NCBI RefSeq assembly: GCF_036971445.1
Contig: NC_091472.1
Location: 91,636,001-91,700,000 of the forward strand
Reading direction: 5' to 3'
Length of the DNA stretch: 64,000 bases
Source of the DNA: Narcine bancroftii
Taxonomy: Eukaryota
Part shown: positions 1 through 10,249 of the stretch, in pieces
Position numbering within the stretch: the first letter of the stretch is position 1
How the letters are laid out: every line of letters begins with the position of its first letter
The notes under the pieces: generated by a model
Database searches by the model: none
Told to the model about the DNA's origin: nothing
What the model saw: only the letters and a program-made list of their open reading frames with translations
Program-made: the position numbers and the translations under genes

Positions 1-1435
1 TCATTGGCACAACTCTAGTCCTCATGTTAAAAAATGGTAACTGCAGATCTCCAAAGTTGAGTAAAAGCTTAGAAGCAAGCCAAGCTTAAACTGAACTATG
101 GGCCATTGTTTCAGAAAATTGCTGAATAATTTAAAAAATGGTCGAGTAAATTGCATAAAAATGAATATTTTTCCACGAGTGCAATATTTATTCCAATCAT
201 TACCTATTGATATTCCTAAAAATTTTTCAAGATTCCAAATAAAATTATAAGGAAATTTTTATGGAATCATAAAATGTCAAGGATTTCTATGGAAAAATTA
301 ATGTGGAGATTCGAATTGGGAGGTTTACAACTTCCAAATTTTGAATATTATTATAAAGCAGCCCAGTTATTTCTTCCTTTTTTGATGAGGGATAAAAATG
401 GCTTGGGTTACTATAGAAATTAATAAGATAGGTGAAAAAGAATTGGAGGAATTTTTATATAAATGGAATGAGACATTATTAATGGGATAAGTAGGTACAT
501 CATTATTAGGCCATTTGGTTAGAGTGCGGCATAAGGTACATATGTACGTAGTATGGATTAGGGAGGAAGCCAGTGGTGCAAAATAAGTTGATCCCATTTA
601 TGTTGAATAATATAAATTTTATTAACTGGTCAAAAAAGAAATAGTCTATTAAAGATTGTTATCAAGGTAGATATTTAATGACATTTGATCAATTGAAAAT
701 TAAATAGGGAATACAAAATAATACAATATTTGGATATTGTTAATTAAAAGCTTATTTACAAGAAAGATTAACCACCTCTTATTTATTGATGAAATAGGAA
801 CAATGATATCAAATCCAAATATTAAAAAAGTTTATATCTGTGATGTATTTATTACTTTTAAGGGGTGTAAAGAAGAAAGATTTATATAAATCGAAACAAA
901 GGTGGGTAAAGGATTTGGGTATAGATGTAACTGATAGAAATTGGGCACAAATATGTTATTATAGTATGAAAAATACAATAAATGTCAGATATAGAATGTT
1001 ACAGTATAATTTTATACATCAGTTATATTTTACAACACAAAAACTCAATATATTGAAATTAGACATTTTGGATAAGTGTAAACAGGATATAGATACTTTT
1101 TTTTTTACCTTCTACATGGACATGTACCAATTTGAACTCTTTTTGGACCAATTTAATAGATTTTCTTCAACAGGTAATGGGTGTTAGACTCCTGAGAAAT
1201 TCTATGCTATTTCTTTTGGGGTATATTTCAAGAATTAATCCAGATTTAAAGTTGGATTAGTTTCAAAATAAATTTTTTAAAATTGCACTGGCAGTTGCCA
1301 GAAAATGTGTAGCTGTTTCATGGAAATTGGACATGGACTTAGTATTAGATAGATGGCATGGTGAAATGTGAAATTGTATATCTTTGGAAAAGAATAAATA
1401 TAATAATTTTTTGAAAATTTGGTTTCCATATATGC
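1..1435 (+). mobile_element. L1/Tx1-clade LINE, decayed 3' part of ORF2; the 3' UTR probably continues at 2468-2680 and 8735-9000, ending in AATAAA plus an A-tail
   Basis: Broken translations GRVNCIKMNIFPR, GGLQLPNFEYYYKAAQ, RYRMLQYNFIHQLY and LKIWFPYM are typical fish L1 ORF2 C-terminal motifs; many stops and frameshifts. Confidence 0.8.
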
Positions 1436-2459
1436 CAGGGGTGTCAAACTCAAATTCACGGAGGGCCAAAATTAAAAACTTGGACTAAGTCGAGGGCCGA
1501 ACTAAATATTTATTGAAAATTTTCAACAACATCTGCATGTTTTCTCTTCTTTCAACAAATGTAATGTTAAACTTTTTCTTATTAAAATAAATGTTTAATA
1601 ATAGTTTTGGATAAACTCTTTCCAGAAGCATTAACAAATGAGAAATAAAATATTCAATAAATAATATTTCTCTATAGAGGATTTGTCAAATGTTGCTAGT
1701 GTGCTGTCGAATAGTAAAATTTGAGGGCTATTGAGAATGTGGGAGAATAACATGATTCCTGAAACAATCAAATGGGTGACTGACTGTGGGCATGAACTCT
1801 AGCAGGGTTATTTGCCATGCCCTTTTTCCATTGGCTCAGATATCCTTTGATTTACACACTTTTCAAGTTTTATGTCTAATGAGCTTGTATCCAGGTGCAG
1901 GACCATTTTTAACCAGGAATATATTTATCACTGTGACATGAAACTATTGGAAGATCGTTTTATCCTGAGATTAAAGTTCATAATACTTACTCAGGCCTGT
2001 GTGCGGGAGGGCGGGGTTTGCGGGCGATCGGGTTGGACAACGACAGTGTGGGGGCATCAGCTCTCGCTGCAGAGCGGCATCTCGGCAGATCAGTGGCCCC
2101 GTCACCGTGAGTCGTGGGTCGGCCTGCGGCAGGGAGGGGGAGTGGGCAACGGTCTGGCAAGGTCAGGCCCGAGGCCTCCGGTTCCGGGAGCTGGGAAGCG
2201 GCCTTGGCTTCCCCTGACACCGGCCAGGCCCCAAAACCAGAGTCCACAGTGAGACCCTGCAACGCAAACAGAGGAGGTGGGGGCGATTAGCGGGCTGATG
2301 CCAATGCATTCTGGGATTTGTAGTATTAGCAGTGCATGCGCTATACTGGCGCGGCAGCCAGCGGGCCACCTCTAATACATTTTTTAAATGATCTTGCGGG
2401 CCAAATATAATTATATCGCGGGCCAAATTTGGCCCGTGGGCCAGAGTTTGACATGTGTG
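1436..2459. mobile_element. Non-autonomous hAT (Charlie-type) DNA transposon
   Basis: Ends CAGGGGTGTCAAACTC / GAGTTTGACATGTGTG; perfect 8-bp TSD ATATATGC at 1428-1435 and 2460-2467; no transposase ORF recognised. Confidence 0.88.
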
Positions 2460-2583
2460 ATATATGCGAAAGATTGGTGTTATATCTTTATAAATATTTA
2501 TATTAAGTTAATTGGTAAACTATGGTTCGAGCTTTGTCACTCCCTGGCCTTACCTCATCTTATTTTATTATTGTTAGATGATT

Positions 2584-2584
<1 letters not shown>

Positions 2585-2654
<70 letters not shown>
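2585..2654. repeat. Compound (TA)n(CA)n microsatellite
   Basis: Directly visible dinucleotide run. Confidence 0.97.
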
Positions 2655-2657
<3 letters not shown>

Positions 2658-2945
2658 TTTGATCAAGTATTATATATTATACTGTAGTGATATGATTATA
2701 TGTACTGGCAGGCCTGACCTCTGGGTGTCCTCCTACCTTGGCTCCTCCCTTAGTCCTGCCCATGTGACCCTGTGCCATAAAGGTCGAGTCCCCTCTCCTT
2801 CCTGCTCATTCCTAGCCTTGGACCCGAGCCAGCAGTCTCTAGTACAATAAAGCCTATTGTTCCCCTCAGTCTTTGTCTGTGACGTTATTGGGGCTACTGA
2901 TAGCGCCCAACAATTTATTGTACTAGATTTTGGAGGTCTGCGGTA

Positions 2946-4001
2946 ATGGAGAAATTGCTGTGCCCAGAACAGCTAGAAGTTGACCCCCAAGTCCCAGGTT
3001 CTTCGGTGCTCTTCAAGCAGTGGATGAACTGCTTCAACAACTTCCTCAACGCTGCTGCTGAGGTGATCGACTCTGATGAGAAATTAAAAATCCTTCAGGC
3101 ACGAGTCAGCCAGAGGGCCTTCCTGACCATCCAAAGCAGTGCGACCTACAACGAGGCGATGGCTGAACTGCGGGCGCTGTACAAGCCTAAAGTGAATGTA
3201 GTATACTCCCGTTACCTGCTTGTGTCCAGAAAACAACAGCCTGGTGAATCCACTGAAGAGTTCATCCGGTCCCTGGTCACATTGGGAAAAGACTGTTTGG
3301 GGGAACCCACGGCCACAACATCCCTAACCCAGTGCATAGAAGAACTGATTCGAGACGCCTGCGTATCGGGTCTGAGGTCAGATTATATCCGGCATCGACT
3401 CCTCAAGGAGGACCCGCTCCCACTCAAAAGGGCTATCGACTTTATCAGGACTTTAGACTTGGCCCAGCGCCAAGCGGTGTTGATTGCGGGCAGAAGTGAG
3501 CCATCTCCGTATGTTCCACTGCGAGGGCCTTTGGCCTGGGACTCAGCGTCAGGCATTACCGACCCAACCATGGCTGCAATTACACCGATGGCATCGTCGA
3601 GATGCAACTTCTGCGGGCAGTCCAAGCATTTGCAATGCCTCTACCCCGTGAAGGGGACTAAGTGTTCAGGCTGCATGAAGAAGGGCCATTACCAGAAGGT
3701 CTGCAGGTCCCGACCACAGTCCAGCGCAGTGTGCATTCCAGAGGAGCTTCCGGCACTGACTGCATGCGTGGTAAGGGGAGCGCCATTTTGTCGGCATTCG
3801 CTCCCAACCTCAGTACCTCGGCCTACCACCCCAATGATGTCACTTCTGACTGCCATGACTCCACTTCCTCCTTCTTCCTCATCGAACTCTGCATGGTCAA
3901 CATGGAGGTCGTCATCTTGGGAAGGCCTCCCCACTGATGACAATGATGAAGGGATGCCTATCCTGGCATCGGTCACTCTGAATCAAGCTAGCCTCACCTG
4001 A
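2946..4001 (+). CDS. Gypsy Gag-like ORF (351 aa) with zinc-knuckle region
   Basis: Open ORF right after the 5' LTR; RKQQPGESTEEF MHR-like motif, IRDACVSGL, a CCHC knuckle CSGCMKKGHYQKVC and a degenerate one CNFCGQSKH. Confidence 0.75.
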   Translation: MEKLLCPEQLEVDPQVPGSSVLFKQWMNCFNNFLNAAAEVIDSDEKLKILQARVSQRAFLTIQSSATYNEAMAELRALYKPKVNVVYSRYLLVSRKQQPGESTEEFIRSLVTLGKDCLGEPTATTSLTQCIEELIRDACVSGLRSDYIRHRLLKEDPLPLKRAIDFIRTLDLAQRQAVLIAGRSEPSPYVPLRGPLAWDSASGITDPTMAAITPMASSRCNFCGQSKHLQCLYPVKGTKCSGCMKKGHYQKVCRSRPQSSAVCIPEELPALTACVVRGAPFCRHSLPTSVPRPTTPMMSLLTAMTPLPPSSSSNSAWSTWRSSSWEGLPTDDNDEGMPILASVTLNQASLT

Positions 4002-4012
4002 TCTCGAACTCC

Positions 4013-6833
4013 ATGATGTGGATCGAGGTGAATGGGCATAAAACAAACTGTTTCGAGCACCCTGATGTGGTCCAGAGACTCTACCTCCCAGTCCAACCCA
4101 TGACCAGGACTGTTTCAATGGCTGCAAGGGACCAACAGACCAGTATCCCGGGGTATTGTGTAGCGTTGCTGACGGTGGGGGGGGGGGGTGAGTGTTATAA
4201 CGATTTATACCTTGCCTCTGCATGCCGATCCTCCATGGGCCTCGACTTCCAGAGTCAGTTCAGGAGTGTGGTGATGGCATTCAGGGGCTCCCAACCACCG
4301 CTGACCTTCCACAACCACCAGTCCCCAGCACTGCCTGTGGTCCCAACACTCAGTCTCTGGCACTGTCCTGCAACCTCACAACTCTACAGGTGCCCCCCAA
4401 CCCCCGGCACTGTTCACAAACCTCACCCTGGATTGCAAACCAATCGCCACCAAGAGTAGGTGCTATAGTTCGGAGGACATACAGTTCATCCAGGCTGAGG
4501 TTTAGCGACTCCTAGCAGAGGGGATCATTGACCCTAGCACCAGTCCTTGGAGGGCGCAGATACTCGTGGTCAGAGGTTCGGGCAAGCCCTGGATGGTAAT
4601 TGATTATAGTCAGACCATCAACTGCTTCACCCAGTTGGACGCATACCCACTACCCCGGATAGCCGACTTGGTCAATAAGGTCGCTAAGTACAGAATTTTT
4701 TCGACCATTGACCTCAAGTCGGCTTACCACCAACTCCCCCTCCATCCAGCCGATCGAATCTATATGGGTTTCGAGGCGGACGGGGAACTTTTCCATTTCC
4801 TGCGGGTGCCCTTCGGGGTTACTAACAGTTTTTCTGCCTTTCAGAGAGTGATGGACCAGACGGTGGAGGAGCACAAGCTGACGGCGACGTTCCCCTACCT
4901 TGACAATGTCACCATCTGCGGCCATGACCAGCTGAAACACGACACTAATCTCGCAAAGTTCTTGCGTCTGACCAAGTCCCTCAACTTGACATACAACAAG
5001 GACAAGTGCATGTTCAACATGGAGCGCCTGGCTCTTCTTGGATGTGTCATGGCACATGTTGTCATTGCCCCTCACCCAGACCAAGCGACCCCTCATGGAG
5101 CTCTCTGTCCTAAACACCCTGAAAGTTCTTAAGAGGTGCCTGGGGCTGTTCTCATATTATGCACAATGGGTGCCCAACTACGGCGATAAGGCCCACCCCC
5201 TAATTTGTATGACCACCTTTCCATTATTGGCAGAGGTCCAGGCTGCTTTTGACCAACTTCAAGGAGACATTGCTAAGGCCACGATGCATGCCGTGGATGA
5301 AACCGTCCCCTTTCAGGTGGAAAGCGATGCCTCCGATTTTGCACTGGCCACCACATTAAACCAGGCAGGTAGGCTAGTAGCATTTTTTTCCCGCACCCTG
5401 CATGGTCCAGAACTCCAGCACTCCTCCGTCGAGAAAGAGACTCAAGCTATCGTTGAGGAGGTGCACCACTGGCAGCGCTACCTAACCAGTAAGAGATTTA
5501 CCCTGTTGACTAACCAGAGGGCAGTGGCCTTCATGTTCAGTGCCAAACAACGGGGTAAGATCAAGAATGACAAGATCCTGAGGTGGAGGATTGAATTGTT
5601 GACCTACAACTATGATATCTTGTAGCTCAATGATCACCCCCCCACCTTCGGATGCCCTATCCCAAGGGACATGCGCCAGCACGCATCTTGATCATCTCCA
5701 GATCCTGCACGACAATCTGTGTCACCCCGGAGTCATGAGGTTGTACCATTTTGTCAAGACACGAAACCTCCCATACTCCGTAGAGTATGTCCGGTCCACG
5801 ACCAGATGCTCCCAAATCTGCACCGAGTGTAAGCCTCAGTTCTACTGGCCAGAAAAGGCACCCCTTATTAAGGCCACACCCTTTCGAATGACTTAGTGTC
5901 GATTTCAAGGGGCCACTCCCGACCACAAATAGGAACGCCTACTTCCTGACAGTGGTGGACGAATTCTCCAGGTTCCCCTTTGCAATTCCCTGCCCGAATA
6001 TGGCCTTGACTACGGTCATCAAGGACCTGAGCAATATCTTCACTCTGTTCAGGTACCCCAACTACATTCATAGTGACTGGGGGACCTCGTTCATGAGTGA
6101 GGAGCTGCGACAGTACTTTTTGGCCAGAGGCATAGCCACCAGCAGGACCACCAGCTGTAACCCCAAAGGTAATAGCCAGGTGGAAAGGGAGAATGGCACT
6201 GTCTGGAAGGTGACGCTCCTACCCCTTCGGTCCAAATTTTTGCCAGTATCCCGCTGGCAGGATGTCCTGCCTGAAGTTCTCCACTCCATCTATTCATTAC
6301 TGTGCACTGCTACTAACACTACCCCACATGAACGCCTTTTTGTTTTTCCTAGGAGATCGGCGAATGGTTCTTTCATCCCTCCCTGGCTGACAACCCCAGG
6401 GCCAGTTCTGCTTTGGAAGCATGTCAGGGGCCATAAGATGGACCCACTGGTTGAAGCGATGCACCTCATACATGCAAATCCTCAATACGCATTTGTGAGG
6501 TACCTGGATGGCCATGAGGACACTGTGCCAATACAAGACCTGGCAAGGGCTGGAGACCCTGAGACTGCCTTGCCGGCTACTGACCACGCCACAAACCCGA
6601 TTGTGCTGCATCAGAGCATGACCCTGGAGCCTGAGCTGCCTGCCTTGCAGCCGAACATTCAGGCATCTACAGCAATGGAGGACTTCCCAGCACTCTGGGA
6701 GTCCACTGCTAGCACCCCATCTCAGATAGTCCCTACACTGGATGCTCCCCTGTCAGTCCCCTCTCTGGAGGAATGCCGTATGGACACGCTGGTTCCACAG
6801 CGGTCCAGCAGACAGAGGAGGCCGTCCGTGTGA
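4013..6833 (+). pseudogene. Gypsy pol (protease-RT-RNase H-integrase), frameshifted
   Basis: RT motifs IDYSQTIN, IDLKSAYHQ, PFGVTN, YLDN; RNase H VESDASDFAL..VAFFSRTL; integrase HDNLCHPG..C..C, VDEFSRFPF, IHSD, QVEREN; split over several frames. Confidence 0.9.
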
Positions 6834-7253
6834 TTCAACCTCTAGCAAGAGGTATCTGCTTTCTCTCGCCGCTTGTAATAAGTGATAATACTGCGGCTGT
6901 TGTGCTTACTGTATTGTTATTGTTATAATTGTTGCTGTTGTCACCCCCGGTTTTGTTGTCTGTTTTCCAGGTATCCATTTTTTAAAAGAGGGGTTGAATA
7001 TAGTTAATATGATTATATGTACTGGCTGGCCCGCCCTCCAGGTGTCCTCCTACCTTGGCTCCTCCCTTAGTCCTGCCCATGTGACCCCGGGCCATAAAGG
7101 TCGAGTCCCCTCTCCTACCTGCTTATTCTTAGCCTTGGACCTGGGCCAGCAGTCTCTAGTACAATAAAGCCCATCATTCCCCTCAGTCTTTGTGTCATCA
7201 TTTGGGATACTGATAGCACCCAACATATACAGTAGTGTTTTAGTTCATCATAT

Positions 7254-8734
7254 GTTCTCCCAGAATCACAGTGTGGCTTTCGCGCAAACAGAGGATCTAC
7301 TGACATGATCTTTGCCCCCAGACAGCTCCAAGAAAAGTGCAGAGAACAAAACAAAGGACTCTACATCACCTTTGTTGACCTCACCAAAGCCTTCGACACC
7401 GTGAGCAGGAAAGGGCTTTGACAAATACTAGAGCGCCTCGGATGCCCCCCAAAGTTCCTCAACATGGTTATCCAACTGCACGAAAACCAACAAGGTCGGG
7501 TCAGATACAGCAATGAGCTCTCTGAACCCTTCTGCATTAACAATGGCATGAAGCAAGGCTGCGTTCTCGCACCAACCCTCTTTTCAATCTTCTTCAGCAT
7601 GATGCTGAACCAAGCCATGAAAGACCTCAACAGTGAAGACGCTGTTTACATCCGGTACTGCACGGATGGCAGTCTCTTCAATCTGAGGCGCCTGCAAGCT
7701 CACACCAAGCCACAAGAGCAACTTGTCCATGAACTACTCTTTGCAGACGATGCCGCTTTAGTTGCCCATTTAGAGCCAGCTCTTCAGCGCTTGACGTCCT
7801 GTTTTGCGGAAACTGCCAAAATGTTTGGCCTGTAAGTCAGCCTGAAGAAAACTGAGGTCCTCCATCAACCAGCTCCCCACCATGACTACCAGCCCCCCTA
7901 CATCTCCATCGGACACACAAAACTCAAAACGGTCAACCAGTTTACCTATCTCGGCTGCACCATTTCATCAGATGCAAGGATCGACAACGAGGTAGACAAC
8001 AGACTCGCCAAGGCAAATAGCGCCTTTGGAAGACTACACAAAAGAGTCTGGAAAAACAACCAACTGAAAAATCTCACAAAGATTAGCGTATACAGAGCCG
8101 TTGTCATACCCACACTCCTGTTCGGCTCCGAATCATGGGTCCTCTACCGGCATCACCTACGGCTCCTAGAACGCTTCCACCAGCGTTGTCTCCGCTCCAT
8201 CCTCAACATTCATTGGAGCGACTTCATCCCTAACTTCGAAGTACTCGAGATGGCAGAGGCCGACAGCATCGAATCCACGCTGCTGAAGATCCAACTGCGC
8301 TGGGTAGGTCACGTCTCCAGAATTTAGGACCATCGCCTTCCCAAGATCGTGTTATATGGTGAGCTCTCCACTGGCCACCGTGACAGAGGTGCACCAAAGA
8401 AGAGGTACAAGGACTGCCAAAAGAAATCTCTTGGTACCTGCCACATTGACCACCGCCAGTGGGCTGATATCGCCTCAAACCATGCATCTTGGCGCCTCAC
8501 AGTTCGGCGGGCAGCAACCTCCTTTGAAGAAGACCGCAGAGCCCACCTCACTGACAAAAGACAAAGGAGGAAAAACCCAACACCCAACCCCAACCAACCA
8601 ATTTTCCCCTGCAACCGCTGCAACCGTGTCTGCCTGTCCCGCATCGGACTTGTCAGCCACAGACGAGCCTGCAGCTGACGTGGACATTTATCCCTCCATA
8701 AATCTTCGTCTGCGAAGCCAAGCCAAAGAGAAGA
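7254..8734 (+). mobile_element. RTE-clade LINE (BovB/RTE-1-like), 5'-truncated
   Basis: LPESQCGFR, QLQEKCREQ, FVDLTKAFDTV, GMKQGCVLAP, LLFADD, C-terminal CNRC..SRIGLVSH; tail CCAAGCCAAAGAGAAGA; a few stops. Confidence 0.92.
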
Positions 8735-9002
8735 TATTTTATATTAAGTGAATATATTCATATTTGCAGAAGTTAACATAATTAGGTTAAGGTAATATCC
8801 AGTAATGTTTATACCATTAATCTATTTTGTTTTCTCTTTATTTTTCTTCTTTTTTTCTTTTTTCTTGTTTTCTTTGGGTGGTTTTCTCTGGGGAGTGAGA
8901 AAAAATATGATAAAACAGCATGTATTGATTTTGATTTATAATAATTTGGCGATGTATGTACTTTTTTACATGTGCCAATAAAATAAATTTTGAAAAAAAA
9001 GA

Positions 9003-9110
9003 ATGCAAGCCTAGCTCTCTTATACCTGCACCAATGAAGCAATTAAACATACCTGAGTACTCACAAACACTTATGGAACCAAATATCCCAAACAATATGG
9101 TGCCCTGAAA
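9003..9110. mobile_element. Tc1 fragment related to the element at 48848-50407
   Basis: GCAAGCCTAGCTCTC..ATACCTGCACCAA..CAAATATCCCA aligns by eye with 50143-50228. Confidence 0.7.
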
Positions 9111-9259
9111 TGGAGCCCTGCTCACTATTGGCACTCTTATGAAGCCCTGTCCTGATACCTGGCTCCCGTGCACCAGTCTTCACAGGCAGCTTGTCTGAGA
9201 GGCCCTGCTTTTAATTAAGTTCCTAAATCCTGACACTCTGTAAAACCTTCATAGAGGAA

Positions 9260-9960
9260 ATACATCAGGATCTTGCTTTGGATAGAGCACTTGAATTCCA
9301 ATACAGGTTTTGTTTTCCATGGAATGGTGGAGACAGGGGAGAACCTGATTGAGGTAAACAAAATTAAGAGATAGAGATAGGGTGGATAGTGAGAATCTTT
9401 CCTCATAGAGGTGTCAAAAATCAGAAGGTTCAAGGTTTGTACTGCAAGGGTTTACATGTCAAGTGACATGTTTGCCTTTATTGTAAGAGGGTTGGAGTTT
9501 AGAAATGGTAAAATTTTTGCTGCAATTGCACACCTGTAAGTACTGTGCAGAGTTTTGGTCTTTGTGTCAGAGTGACAGTTAGATCCATATTCTTTGTATG
9601 TTTATAAGAATGAAATGTGGTTTTAGTGAAACATTTAAGATCCTTAGGGGGCTTGACAGAGTAGATGTTCACTCATTGGGGAATCTTGAAAGATGGGACA
9701 CAACTATAAGATTAGAGGGTGGCCATTTAAACTAAACTGTATTGGAACTCCTTTACTCAGAAGCTTGTGATTTTCTGGAATTCTCTACCCTGGAAGATTG
9801 TGAAGGCTGGACCCTACTTATTTAAAGAGGACATAGATAGATTTTTGAAAGATCAGGAATAGAGGGCTATGGGGAATGTGGACAAAAGAGGTGTAGGGGC
9901 CTGGGACAGATCAGCCAGATCATATTGAGGCATGAAAGGCTGATTGGCTCCTGCTCCTGT
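9260..9960 (+). mobile_element. Old CR1 3' fragments
   Basis: Decayed CR1 3'-end signature sequence; boundaries approximate. Confidence 0.55.
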
Positions 9961-10249
9961 TTTCTTTTCCGGTGTAAAGTGGATGGGGGGGGGTGGGGGG
10001 GAATGGGGGACACTTTGGAGGAGATTGGAGGAAGGGTCTTTGTTCAGAGAATGTTCAGAGCCTAGAATCAGAGGTTAGTGGAGATCTGGATTCTCACAAC
10101 ACTTCAGATGTAGAATTGTCTTTGAAACAGAAAAGTGTAAAAAATTACAGATCATGTGCTGGTGAACAGAATTTGTGCAGATAAAAACTCAATGGTCAAC
10201 ATGGACATGGTGGGCCAAATGGCCTGTTTCTGTGCTGTATAATTAGAGC

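Larger units (their letters stand above)
2683..7225 (+). mobile_element. Full-length but defective Ty3/Gypsy LTR retrotransposon (possibly Mag-like)
   Basis: 5' LTR 2683-2912 (TG..CA) and 3' LTR 6999-7225 (TA..CA), roughly 90% alike by eye; 5-bp TSD TATAC at 2678-2682 and 7226-7230; purine tract AAAAGAGGGGTTGAA before the 3' LTR; gag-PR-RT-RH-IN order. Confidence 0.93.

Noticed and set aside
2388-2850. His-Thr repeat ORFs
   Set aside because: Translation of the (CA)n microsatellite.
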